Shown piece after piece: positions 5,459 to 14,548 of a stretch of 25,878 nucleotides of DNA; positions within the stretch are counted from its first letter, which is position 1; every line of letters begins with the position of its first letter. This stretch comes from a virus (Duplodnaviria; Caudoviricetes). The stretch covers positions 1 through 25,878 of IMG/VR virus record IMGVR_UViG_3300044715_001315; one strand, 5' to 3'. A program made the translations under genes and the position numbers. The notes beneath the pieces are model-generated. The model was not told where the DNA came from. It was given only the letters and a program-made list of their open reading frames with translations, and searched no databases.

Positions 5459-6010
5459 ATGGCAAAGAACCCATCGGGGAAGAAAGCTGCCCAGCCGGAA
5501 GAGCCAAAGCGCGGGCGCGGGCGACCCACAGATTACAAGCCGGAATATGCCGAAATGGCACGCCGCTTCCTGCTGCTCAAACGCGGCGGTACCAATGAGG
5601 ATTTGGCCAAGCTTTTTGGCAAGAACGTGGACACGATCTACGAGTGGCAGAAAGTTCACTCCGATTTTTCCGATGCCTTACATGCGGGGAAAGACGGTGC
5701 CGATACCGAAGTAGCTAATGCGCTGCATAGCCGGGCCGTGGGCGCGGTATGGATTGAGCAGGTGGCCTTCAAGGTGAAGACGGTGGAATACGACAAGCTC
5801 GGGCGCAAGACGCGCGAGAGCGAAAAGATTGAGGTGGCCGATGTGCGCCGTGCTGCTCCGCCCGATACCCGGGCGTGTGAGCTGTGGCTGAACAACCGGC
5901 AGCCGGAGAACTGGCGACAGAAGCCTGAGCCCACTGATGACGAAGATGTGCTGAACCCCGTCACCATCAATGTGCAAGTGCGGGATGCCCGGAAGGCCAC
6001 CAATGGTTAG
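5459..6010 (+). CDS. terS: Terminase small subunit
   Basis: GRGRPTDYKPEY, an HTH (LAKLFGKNVDTIYEWQKVHSDFSDAL) and PPDTRACELWLNNRQPENWR. Directly upstream of terL. Alternative starts at 5441 and 5456. Confidence 0.9.
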   Translation: MAKNPSGKKAAQPEEPKRGRGRPTDYKPEYAEMARRFLLLKRGGTNEDLAKLFGKNVDTIYEWQKVHSDFSDALHAGKDGADTEVANALHSRAVGAVWIEQVAFKVKTVEYDKLGRKTRESEKIEVADVRRAAPPDTRACELWLNNRQPENWRQKPEPTDDEDVLNPVTINVQVRDARKATNG

Positions 6011-7283
6011 CCCGACGCTGAACGTGCCGCAGGCTGAGTTCTTGGCCATGCCACATAAGTTTAAGGCCTTTGTGGCTGGGTTCGGTAGCGGCAAGACGTG
6101 GGTGGGCAGTTCGGGTCTGTGTAAGCATTTCTGGGAATTCCCGAAGGTGAACGCAGGATACTTCGCGCCGACCTATGCGCAGATACGCGATATTTTCTAT
6201 CCGACCATTGAAGACGTGGCGGGCGAGTGGGGCTTCGGCCTGAAGATCCACGAAACGAATAAAGAGGTCGGCGTTTACGCTGGCAAGCGCTACCGCGGCA
6301 CCATCTTGTGTCGCTCGATGGAAAAGCCCGGCGACATTGTGGGCTTTAAGATCGGCAAGGCGCTGGTTGATGAGCTCGACCTATTGAAAAGAGACAAGGC
6401 GGCCACTGCCTGGCGCAAGATCATGGCGCGTATGCGCTACAAGGTCGATGGGCTGCAAAACGGCATCGACGTGACCACCACGCCTGAGGGCTTCAAGTTC
6501 GTTTACGAGCAGTTCGTGAAGCAGGTGCGCGAGAAGCCATCACTTGTTGGATTGTACGGAATGGTGCAGGCCAGCACGTACGACAACGAGCTGAACCTGC
6601 CGGATGATTACATATCGTCACTGCTGGCATCGTATCCGCCGCAGCTGATTGCAGCGTATCTTGAAGGCCAGTTCGTGAACCTCACGAGCGGCAGCGTTTA
6701 TGCGGATTTCTGCCGAACAGGCAACCATAGTAGCGCGGTCGAGCAGGAAAATGAGCCCTTGCATGTGGGCATGGATTTCAACGTGCAGAACATGACTGCG
6801 ATCATCAACGTTATTCGCGAAGATGCGCCCATCACGGTCGCGGAGATTTCGGGTGCGCGGGATACGCCCGACATGGTGCGCATGCTCAAGGAGCGTTACG
6901 TGGGGCACAGCATCACGGTCTACCCTGATGCGAGTGGGCAAAACACCAGCTCCAAGAATGCCAGTGAATCTGACCTGACCATTCTGAAGGGCGCGGGCTT
7001 TACCCTGCGAGTGAACAGCACAAACCCCGCAGTGCGTGACCGCGTGCTGGCCATGAACGGCATGATTCTGAATGCCGATGGCGAGCGCCGCTGGAAAGTG
7101 AACACCGATCGCTGCCCGGTTCTGACCGAATCTCTCGAGCAACAGGCATACGATGCAAAGACCGGGGAGCCGGACAAGAAATCAGGGCACGACCATGCCC
7201 CAGATGCTCAGGGTTATTTTATTAACCAGCGCTATCCCATCGTGAAACGCGCCTTTGGCGTTGGCAAAACCACAGGAACCTAG
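6003..7283 (+). CDS. terL: Terminase large subunit
   Basis: Walker A AGFGSGKT, Walker B LVDELD, motif TTTPEGF, and nuclease residues GMDFN, YPDASG and DHAPDAQGY. Confidence 0.96.
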   Translation: MVSPTLNVPQAEFLAMPHKFKAFVAGFGSGKTWVGSSGLCKHFWEFPKVNAGYFAPTYAQIRDIFYPTIEDVAGEWGFGLKIHETNKEVGVYAGKRYRGTILCRSMEKPGDIVGFKIGKALVDELDLLKRDKAATAWRKIMARMRYKVDGLQNGIDVTTTPEGFKFVYEQFVKQVREKPSLVGLYGMVQASTYDNELNLPDDYISSLLASYPPQLIAAYLEGQFVNLTSGSVYADFCRTGNHSSAVEQENEPLHVGMDFNVQNMTAIINVIREDAPITVAEISGARDTPDMVRMLKERYVGHSITVYPDASGQNTSSKNASESDLTILKGAGFTLRVNSTNPAVRDRVLAMNGMILNADGERRWKVNTDRCPVLTESLEQQAYDAKTGEPDKKSGHDHAPDAQGYFINQRYPIVKRAFGVGKTTGT

Positions 7284-8684
7284 ATGACACCGGACACGCA
7301 GCATGCACAGTACGCCGAATATGCGGCGACATGGCAGACGTGCCGAGACTGTGTGACGGGCCAGCGTGCCATCCATAAGGGCGGCGAGCGCTACCTGCCG
7401 AAGTTATCTGGCCAAGAGCCTGCCGAATACGAGGCTTACAAGAAGCGCGCACTGTTCTTCAATGCGACGGGGCGTACCAAGGACGGTTTGGTGGGGCTGG
7501 TATTCCGCAAATACCCGACCATCCAGTTGCCGGCGGCGCTGGAGGCGTACGAGGAAGACATCAACATGGAAGGCCTATCATTGGTTGGGTTCGCTCAATC
7601 TGTGGTCGAGGAGGTGCTGGAGGTTGGCCGCGCCGGTGTGCTGGTGGAATATCCTGCTATGCCCTCCAATGAGGCCGGTGCTGCGATTACCATTGAGCAG
7701 GGCCGCACGCTTGGCCTGCGCCCGTATTTAACGCAGTACAAGGCCGAGGCCATTTTGAACTGGCGCTATGCCCGCGTGGCCAACGCCACCCGCTTGGTAC
7801 AGGTGTTCCTTCAGGAAGCGGTTGAGGGCAGCGACGAAGCGCAGATTCGCGAACTGCATCTGGATGATGGCCGCTATGGACAGCGCGTATGGCGCAAGGG
7901 AAAGAATAACCAAGCCGGTTGGGTCGTGGTCGAGGAATCGTGGCCCGTCATGCAGGGCAAGCCGATCGCACTGATTCCGTTCTGGTTCTGCCAGCCAAAG
8001 GAGGCGCGCGGCGACGTGCAGGCCCCGCCGATGGAAGATTTGTGCTACGTGAACGTGTCGCACTACATGAGTAGCGCCGACCTTGAAAACGGCGCGCATA
8101 TTTCTGGCTTGCCCACCCCGTGGGTGAATGGCGTGACCAATACTGGTGAATTCCCGGTGTTGCACCTCGGCAGCTCGTCGCTGCTTACGCTGCCGCCGGA
8201 TTCCACTGCGGGATTCCTGCAATGCGGCACAGAGGGCTTCGCCACGCTGGAAAAGCTGATGGATCGCAAGGAGGCGCAGATGGCCGCGCTCGGTGCGCGC
8301 ATGCTCGCGCCGGAAAAGCGCCAGGCCGAAACAAACGAGGCGCTTGAAACAAAGCGCGGCGGGGAGAACAGCGTTCTTTCGACGCTGGCCGCATCCGTGG
8401 AAATGAGCCTGATCCAAGCGCTACAATTCATGGCAGAGTGGGTGGGGGCAAAACCGCAAGAGGCCAGCATTGAGCTCAACAAGGCCTATGTGGCGAACAA
8501 GATGGATGCGCCAATGCTCACCGCATGGCTCAATATGCTGCAGGCTGGAAAAATCAGTTATGCCACTTTCTACGGCGCTTTGCAGCGTGGAGAATTGGTG
8601 CCTGAAACGCAATCGGCCGAAGATGAGAAAGAGAATATCGCACAGGACGGCCCCGCATTGGGGGGGCTGGGTGACGATGAATAA
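7284..8684 (+). CDS. Portal protein (DUF4055-like)
   Basis: 466 aa after terL. YLPKL....Y.AYKKRALFFNATGRT..GLVG.VFRK and ALGARML motifs. Confidence 0.9.
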   Translation: MTPDTQHAQYAEYAATWQTCRDCVTGQRAIHKGGERYLPKLSGQEPAEYEAYKKRALFFNATGRTKDGLVGLVFRKYPTIQLPAALEAYEEDINMEGLSLVGFAQSVVEEVLEVGRAGVLVEYPAMPSNEAGAAITIEQGRTLGLRPYLTQYKAEAILNWRYARVANATRLVQVFLQEAVEGSDEAQIRELHLDDGRYGQRVWRKGKNNQAGWVVVEESWPVMQGKPIALIPFWFCQPKEARGDVQAPPMEDLCYVNVSHYMSSADLENGAHISGLPTPWVNGVTNTGEFPVLHLGSSSLLTLPPDSTAGFLQCGTEGFATLEKLMDRKEAQMAALGARMLAPEKRQAETNEALETKRGGENSVLSTLAASVEMSLIQALQFMAEWVGAKPQEASIELNKAYVANKMDAPMLTAWLNMLQAGKISYATFYGALQRGELVPETQSAEDEKENIAQDGPALGGLGDDE

Positions 8685-10342
8685 TGGCCGAAAACAAAGA
8701 AATTCGTGATGCCTTCATACGGCATGCAATATGGCTTGAGCGCTACAAGACCGGTGCCGTCGAAAGTGTTATAAAGGCGTTGAATCGCTCCGATAAGGAG
8801 GCGATGGATGTGCTGGCGGCCGGATTGTCCGCGATAGAGGCGAGGGGCTACGATATAGGCCCCGCTAATGAGCGAAGGCTAAATGCGTTGCTCGAGGATA
8901 TTAAGGCTAAGCGATCTTCTTCGATCGAAAGCGCCCACGAAGCGATCGATGCTGATTTAAAAGAATTGGCCGTATACGAGGCAAGCTTTACCGAGCGAGT
9001 AATAAGTGCGGCGTACGGCTCTGGTCTTTCGCTGGATATGCCGCCGGCATCGCAGCTACATGCGGCGGTGACAAAGAAGCCATTTCAAGGCCGATTGTTG
9101 CGTGATTGGTTCTCTGGGTTGGAAGAGAGCGAAGGTCGCCGTGTGTCTGATGCTGTTCGTATCGGCATCATTGAGGGGCGAACGACCGACCAGATCGTGC
9201 GCCAGATTCGTGGCACGCGGGCGCTGAATTACTCGGATGGCATTCTGGACATTACGCGGCGGGATGCTCGTACAGTGGTTCGTACTGCCACGGCGCACGT
9301 CGCCGCGCGCGCTAAAGATGATTTATACGCCGCGAATACAGAAGTGCTTACGCAAGAGCAGGTGGTTGCCACGCTGGACATGCATACCACGCCGGGATGC
9401 CAGGCGCTAGATGGCAAGGTTTATGCGACGGGTGCGGGGCCAAAATTCCCGCGCCACATGAACTGCCGAACTATACGGGTGCCATATTTGGGGGAATCCT
9501 CAGTGGTTGGCACACGCGCATCTGCCTCTGGGCCTGTGCCGGAAACCATGAATTACGAGCAATGGCTAAAAAGCCAGCCTGCCAATGTGCAGGATGAAGT
9601 TCTTGGCAAGGCTCGCGCGAAGATGTTTCGAGAGGGCAACTTGCCGCTGGATCGCTTTGTGGACGGGCAGGGAAATTCTTACACGCTGCAGCAAATGGCT
9701 CAGCGTGACGCGGGTGTATTCGATAGCGTGTTTGGTGGCGGTGTCACTCGCAACCCTGCATTAAGGCGCGCCCATGAGGCGGAATTCAAGTCCTATCTTG
9801 GCGAAAAAACCTATGCGCGCATGAGTGATGGCGTGACGAAGGCCATGAAAGCCAGCGGCGTTGCAAGTTACGGTTTATCGCAGGCTGAAAAGGTAGCTGT
9901 GCACGCATACACTACGGGCGACAAGTACTATGAGCGCCTTAACGCCGCAATGCGCTCAGGAAGTGCAGAACGTATTGCCGCCGTTGCTCCGATGGCGAAT
10001 GTGCTGGATAATGCACTGGCCAAGTTGCCGATCTATGAAGGCCCGGTGCTGTTTAGGGTTACGGATTTACCGGAAGCGGTGGCAAAAAAAGTGCGCGCCG
10101 GCAATGTTTATGCTGACCCAGCCTTTATGAGCGCCAGCAAAACGGACATGGGCACGACCTTTGGAAATGATTACCGCTTTACCATCGTGGCGAGCCAAAA
10201 GGGGAGGGAAATTGCGGGCTTTTCGGCTTATTCTCATGAGCAGGAAGTTATCTTCCCACGCGGCACGAAATTTGATATAACGGAGGCAAGGAAAGATACA
10301 AAAACCGGCTTCACCGAGGTGACTCTTTATGACGCGGAGTAA
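8684..10342 (+). CDS. MuF (SPP1 gp7-like) minor head protein fused to a C-terminal VIP2-like ADP-ribosyltransferase
   Basis: MuF motifs VRTATAH, ATLDMHTTPGCQALDG and P.HMNCRT. ART motifs AYT...YERLNAAMR, LFR, FMSAS and HEQEVIFPRGTKF. Confidence 0.9.
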   Translation: MAENKEIRDAFIRHAIWLERYKTGAVESVIKALNRSDKEAMDVLAAGLSAIEARGYDIGPANERRLNALLEDIKAKRSSSIESAHEAIDADLKELAVYEASFTERVISAAYGSGLSLDMPPASQLHAAVTKKPFQGRLLRDWFSGLEESEGRRVSDAVRIGIIEGRTTDQIVRQIRGTRALNYSDGILDITRRDARTVVRTATAHVAARAKDDLYAANTEVLTQEQVVATLDMHTTPGCQALDGKVYATGAGPKFPRHMNCRTIRVPYLGESSVVGTRASASGPVPETMNYEQWLKSQPANVQDEVLGKARAKMFREGNLPLDRFVDGQGNSYTLQQMAQRDAGVFDSVFGGGVTRNPALRRAHEAEFKSYLGEKTYARMSDGVTKAMKASGVASYGLSQAEKVAVHAYTTGDKYYERLNAAMRSGSAERIAAVAPMANVLDNALAKLPIYEGPVLFRVTDLPEAVAKKVRAGNVYADPAFMSASKTDMGTTFGNDYRFTIVASQKGREIAGFSAYSHEQEVIFPRGTKFDITEARKDTKTGFTEVTLYDAE

Positions 10343-10490
10343 GGAAGAGATTGCGCGAATTAATGCTGAGGCTCAGCGCTTTCGTGATAATGCGCAGCAA
10401 ATGCCTGCCGAAGATGCAGCGCGCCTGCGCGCCAAATGGAGCCGAGATGCGCAGAGCATGACGGCTGATATGATCGAAGAAAAGGAATAG
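10329..10490 (+). CDS. 53-aa helical protein, candidate ART immunity protein (not in the ORF track)
   Basis: MTRSKEEIARINAEAQRFRDNAQQMPAEDAARLRAKWSRDAQSMTADMIEEKE. SD GAGGTG (10316-10321) 7 nt upstream. Overlaps the MuF-ART end by 14 nt. Confidence 0.7.
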   Translation: MTRSKEEIARINAEAQRFRDNAQQMPAEDAARLRAKWSRDAQSMTADMIEEKE

Positions 10491-10492
10491 CC

Positions 10493-10690
10493 ATGCAGCT
10501 ACAGTATATGTTGGAAATCATTGGTTATGATGATGATCTGCCAACGAAAGATGAGCTATTCAGCGACCCCGGCGCGAACCCATCTGATTTTATTGGAAGC
10601 GAATTTCGTGACGGCGAGAGCGCCTTTAAAGTGGTTGATGTGCTTACCTCGTCCACGGAAGTTGTGAATATCGGCTCAGAAGAAAATTAA
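10493..10690 (+). CDS. 65-aa acidic protein, second candidate immunity/accessory protein
   Basis: Starts 2 nt after the previous stop, SD AAGGA, rich in D/E, followed by a terminator. Confidence 0.65.
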   Translation: MQLQYMLEIIGYDDDLPTKDELFSDPGANPSDFIGSEFRDGESAFKVVDVLTSSTEVVNIGSEEN

Positions 10691-10718
10691 GAAAGCTGCT
10701 TACGCGGCGATTTTGAAT

Positions 10719-10751
10719 AACCCCGACCGGGAAACTGGCGGGGTTTTTTAT
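10719..10751 (+). terminator. Intrinsic terminator before the scaffold gene
   Basis: AACCCCG-A-CCGG-GAAA-CTGG-CGGGGTTTTTTATT. Confidence 0.8.
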
Positions 10752-10792
10752 TGCCCGCAAGGCGGGCGCAACCAACCCAAGGGGTAATACCG

Positions 10793-11458
10793 ATGAAAAT
10801 TGATACCGACACCGATGAAGGCAAAGCCGAACTGCAAAAGCGGATTGATGCCGCCACCGAAGGCCTAAAAGCCAAGAACGCCGAATTGCTTGGCGACGTG
10901 AAAAAACAGAAAGACGGGCTGAAAGATATTCAGACCCAACTCGATGAAATCAAGGCCGCGAAGGAAGCGGCCGAGGAAGCGGCTGCCGCTAAATCGGGCG
11001 ATGTGACCAAGATCAAGGAGCAGCTAGAGGCGAAGCACGCCAAGGAAACCAAAGCGCTCAAGGATGCGCTCGCGGGCAAGGAAGGCACGCTCAATAAGCT
11101 GCTGATCGACAACGGGCTGACCGAGGCGCTCACTAAGGCTGGGGTGGCACCACAGTATCTGGATGCCGCAAAGGCGCTCATTCAAAGCAAGAATAAAGCT
11201 GAGATCGTTGATGTAGATGGCAATGCCGCTGCGCAGATCGATGGCAAAAATATCGCGGAGTTCGTTACCGCCTGGTCGCAGGGCGACAACGGTAAGCACT
11301 TCGTGGCCGCCCCGCAAAATGGGGGAGGTGGTGCCAAAGGCACGGACGGTGTGGGCAAGGCCCTCGGCGAACAGAAACGCTCTGAAATGAACCACGAGAA
11401 GAAAGCAGAGTTCATCAAAGAGCATGGGCAAGAAGCGTATCTCAAGCTTCCCGCCTAA
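10793..11458 (+). CDS. Capsid scaffolding protein
   Basis: Coiled-coil GLKAKNAELLGDVKK, LLIDNGL, GGGAKG linker and C-terminal KAEFIKEHGQEAYLKLP. Directly upstream of the capsid gene. Confidence 0.88.
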   Translation: MKIDTDTDEGKAELQKRIDAATEGLKAKNAELLGDVKKQKDGLKDIQTQLDEIKAAKEAAEEAAAAKSGDVTKIKEQLEAKHAKETKALKDALAGKEGTLNKLLIDNGLTEALTKAGVAPQYLDAAKALIQSKNKAEIVDVDGNAAAQIDGKNIAEFVTAWSQGDNGKHFVAAPQNGGGGAKGTDGVGKALGEQKRSEMNHEKKAEFIKEHGQEAYLKLPA

Positions 11459-11505
11459 ACACCCGAATTAACCGGGCCAGAGCCCAATACGAAAGGATTA
11501 TTTAA

Positions 11506-12486
11506 ATGGCTACTTCTCTTCCCGCCGATACCAAGTATTTTGACCCGCTCATCCAGAGCGGCTACGCTGAGAAAATCACTCAGATGATCGACGCCTTCAA
11601 CGGCCAGTCGAACGGCACCATTGTTATGCGTTCGACGCGTAAACATGGCGATTTTGACTACAGCGCATTCTTCAAAAATGCTGGTGGCCTTGTAAGCCGT
11701 CAAGATCAAACCTCCACTGCTGCGGCCACGGCCAAGAAGCTCACGCAAGATGAAATCATCAGCGTGAAGTTAAACCGCAAAATTGGCCCTGCTGAATGGG
11801 CGCGCTCTGCCATGCTCAAGCCGGGCCTGAATATGGACGCTTTTAAGGTCGCCGCAGGTGAGCAGGCAGCGGCTGATGCGCTTGCAGACATGCTGAATGG
11901 TGCATTGCTGTCTGGCGTGGCAGCCATGAACAACCAAGCAGATGCAAAATTCACCGTTCCCACTAACGGTGCGTTGACGACATCTTCTCTGGTTTCCGGT
12001 CTATCGAAGTTTGGCGATCAATCGAGCCGCATCAGCGCCTTTGTGATGCACTCGAAGGTGTTCTTTGACCTCTTTCAGTATCAGGTGACCCCGGCCAACA
12101 ACGGTGACCTGATTTCCAATACCACCATCGTCAACGGCGGCCCGGTAACGCTCAATCGCCCAATTCTGGTAACGGACAGCGCCTCGCTCGTGAAAGTGAC
12201 CGGCCCTGATACCGACTACTTGACGCTGGGCCTTACCACTGATGCACTGATTGTCGAGGAAACCGAGGAAGAATACATCACCTTCCAAGAGATCACCGGC
12301 GGCGAGCAGATCATTGAGCGCATGCAGGGTGAGTTTGCTTACAACCTCGGCGTTAAAGGCTTCAAGTGGGATGTTGCAAACGGCGGCAAGAACCCGCTGG
12401 ACGCGGCCCTTGGCACCGGTTCCAACTGGGATAAGGCCGTGACGTCGCACAAAGACTTCGCGGGCTGCATCATCCAGAGCCGCTAA
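11506..12486 (+). CDS. Major capsid protein
   Basis: 326 aa after the scaffold with a strong SD (AAAGGA). Motifs FNGQSNGTI, KFGD....I.AFVMHSK, RPILVTDS and LGVKGFKWD..NGGKNP....LGTGSNW. Confidence 0.92.
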   Translation: MATSLPADTKYFDPLIQSGYAEKITQMIDAFNGQSNGTIVMRSTRKHGDFDYSAFFKNAGGLVSRQDQTSTAAATAKKLTQDEIISVKLNRKIGPAEWARSAMLKPGLNMDAFKVAAGEQAAADALADMLNGALLSGVAAMNNQADAKFTVPTNGALTTSSLVSGLSKFGDQSSRISAFVMHSKVFFDLFQYQVTPANNGDLISNTTIVNGGPVTLNRPILVTDSASLVKVTGPDTDYLTLGLTTDALIVEETEEEYITFQEITGGEQIIERMQGEFAYNLGVKGFKWDVANGGKNPLDAALGTGSNWDKAVTSHKDFAGCIIQSR

Positions 12487-12491
12487 GTATC

Positions 12492-12523
12492 GGGGGCGGG
12501 CTTCGGCTCGCCCCTCTGCCTTT
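12492..12523 (+). terminator. GC-rich UUCG hairpin after the capsid gene (weak terminator or mRNA stabiliser)
   Basis: GGGGCGGGC-TTCG-GCTCGCCCC followed by a poor U tract. Confidence 0.5.
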
Positions 12524-12548
12524 CCAAACCCAATACAGGAATAGTCCC

Positions 12549-12833
12549 ATGAGTGCAGACGAAAAAATCATCTACGAACCGCATCCCGTAACCCCTGAGC
12601 GCAAGAAAGAGCTGCGCCAGCAGGGCTATACCATCATTGATGCGATCTTTGCGCCGGAAGGCGTCAAGGTTGGCGGTGCGGAGAACAAAGACCCCATCGA
12701 CAGCCTGACTAAGCCACAATTGCAGGCGTGGCTAAAAGAGCATGGCGTTGCGTTTGAAACCGATGCCAACAAGCCCGCGCTAGTGGAATTGGCCAAAGCC
12801 AAGGCCAAAGAGCTGGCCGAAGCAGGCGAGTAA
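12549..12833 (+). CDS. Small head-region protein with HeH/LEM-like C-terminus
   Basis: YEPHPVTPERKKELRQQGYTIIDAIFAP followed by LTKPQLQAWLKEHGVAF...ANKPALVELA. Confidence 0.75.
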   Translation: MSADEKIIYEPHPVTPERKKELRQQGYTIIDAIFAPEGVKVGGAENKDPIDSLTKPQLQAWLKEHGVAFETDANKPALVELAKAKAKELAEAGE

Positions 12834-12839
12834 GCGAAT

Positions 12840-13331
12840 ATGGCCTTCGTCGTAGAAAATGGCACCGGCTCGCCGGATGCAAATAGCTATGTTTCTACGG
12901 CGGAGGCCGATTCGTTCCATGCCGACCGCGGCAATGCGTCATGGACGGGCAGCGATACAGTAAAGCAAGCCGCGCTGATTAAAGCCACAGACTACCTTGA
13001 GCAGACCTACGGCATGCGCTGGATGGGTGTGCCCCTTAATGATGTGCAGGCCCTTGGCTGGCCGCGCACGACGCAGGATGGAATTCCGCGCGCTTTGAAG
13101 CAGGCGGCGTGCATACTTGCATTGGAAGCCATCACGGGCACCGAACTTAACCCCACGCAGGGCCGCGCGATCAAGCGCGATAAGACTGACGTGCTGGAAA
13201 CGGAATACATGGACAACGCCGCTCCCGGCGATCAGCGCCCCGCAATTGACGGGCTGCTGGCCGGTGCAGGCTTAATCACGGGCAGTGGCCGCTACGGCAT
13301 GCCAAGCAATGGGCGGGTGGTGCGCGTATGA
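12840..13331 (+). CDS. Head-tail adaptor/connector (often auto-annotated as DnaT-like)
   Basis: MAFVVENGTG..DANSYVS..EAD.FH..RG, ALIKATDYLE and QALGWPR motifs. Synteny. Confidence 0.8.
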   Translation: MAFVVENGTGSPDANSYVSTAEADSFHADRGNASWTGSDTVKQAALIKATDYLEQTYGMRWMGVPLNDVQALGWPRTTQDGIPRALKQAACILALEAITGTELNPTQGRAIKRDKTDVLETEYMDNAAPGDQRPAIDGLLAGAGLITGSGRYGMPSNGRVVRV

Positions 13332-13696
13332 GTGCCGATTACAAATCCAAGGCGCAAAATGCGCTGCGCATGATTAACGAAAAGGGGCGTTTGATCCGCA
13401 TCGTTGTTGCTGGTGGTGATGAGGTGTACGACCCCAATACAGACACGTTCACGCCCGGCACGCCCGATGAATCGCAGGTTAAGGGTGTGTTCACACAGTT
13501 TGCGGTAAAGGACGTAGACGGCGAATTGATCCTGCGCACTGACAAAAAAGTACTGATTGCCGCCGCCGCATTGGATGCAGCGCCTACGCCTGCCGATCAA
13601 TTGATTGACGGCGCGGTTAGCTACAAAGTCATCAATACGGAAACGGTGCAGCCGGGCGACACGGCGCTTCTCTACATGGTGCAAGTGCGCCGGTAG
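13328..13696 (+). CDS. Head closure / head-tail joining protein
   Basis: YDPNT, VDGELI..TDKKVLI and Y.VQVRR motifs. Synteny. Confidence 0.75.
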   Translation: MSADYKSKAQNALRMINEKGRLIRIVVAGGDEVYDPNTDTFTPGTPDESQVKGVFTQFAVKDVDGELILRTDKKVLIAAAALDAAPTPADQLIDGAVSYKVINTETVQPGDTALLYMVQVRR

Positions 13697-13698
13697 TC

Positions 13699-14094
13699 AT
13701 GTCCGATTATAAGAGACAAATTACCGTGGTTAAAGGAGCCATTGATAAGCTTGGCAATCTGATGCTCGCAGAAACCAGTTTGGAAGTGTTGCGGCAAGTT
13801 TCGCAGCAAACGCCGGTCGATACTGGGCGCGCTCGTAGCAACTGGTTTATGGGCATCAATGCTGCCGAGCGTAAAACGACTGAAGATACGAGCGGCGCTA
13901 ATGTCGGCCAAGCTGAAGGCGTGATGCTCACCATCAAGGGTGCGGACACAGTTTTTGTTAGCAACAACCTGCCTTACATCGAGCGCCTTAACGATGGCTA
14001 CTCCAAGCAGGCACCCGCGAATTTCGTAGAGGGTGCAGCACAAATAGCCCGACGCAAGGTCGAGGAAATCGCTAAACGAGGATTGCCCAAATGA
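13699..14094 (+). CDS. HK97 gp10-like neck/tail completion protein
   Basis: TPVDTGRARSNW and NNLPYIERLNDGYSKQAPANFV. Confidence 0.85.
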   Translation: MSDYKRQITVVKGAIDKLGNLMLAETSLEVLRQVSQQTPVDTGRARSNWFMGINAAERKTTEDTSGANVGQAEGVMLTIKGADTVFVSNNLPYIERLNDGYSKQAPANFVEGAAQIARRKVEEIAKRGLPK

Positions 14095-14492
14095 GCTTTG
14101 AAGCTGCTGAAGCTGCCGTGCGAGCTTATTTCACACAGCAGTGGGCCAATATTACGCCGATTGCGTGGCCCGATCTGCCTTTCGTGCCGCCGCATGGCAC
14201 ATGGGTGCGATTCTCGATGAAGAACAACATCGGCGCGCAGGAAAGCATCGGTAGCCCCGGTAGCAACTTGTATCGTCGCCGCGGTGTGGTTGCCATTCAG
14301 GTGTTTCAGAAAGCAGGACAGGCCAGCACAGAGGCGCGCAAGAAGTCGGATGTGGCCGTCAATGCATTTATGGCCAACCAACTGCCCGGTTTTACCTTCG
14401 AGAACGTGAACGCGCGCGACATTGGGCCGGATGGTGCCGGGTGGTACCAATGGAATGTCACCGCCGAATACCGATACGACATTACCCGTTAA
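14091..14492 (+). CDS. Tail terminator protein
   Basis: IAWP...F.PP, G.V.IQVF...G and GWYQWNV..EY motifs. Immediately before the tail tube gene. Confidence 0.8.
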   Translation: MSFEAAEAAVRAYFTQQWANITPIAWPDLPFVPPHGTWVRFSMKNNIGAQESIGSPGSNLYRRRGVVAIQVFQKAGQASTEARKKSDVAVNAFMANQLPGFTFENVNARDIGPDGAGWYQWNVTAEYRYDITR

Positions 14493-14515
14493 TCCGCCAG
14501 ATACCCGAATTTCTT

Positions 14516-14548
14516 AACCCCGTCCCAAAAGTGGCGGGGTTTTTTATT
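14516..14548 (+). terminator. Intrinsic terminator before the tail tube gene
   Basis: AACCCCGTC-CCAAAAGT-GGCGGGGTTTTTTATT. Confidence 0.75.
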
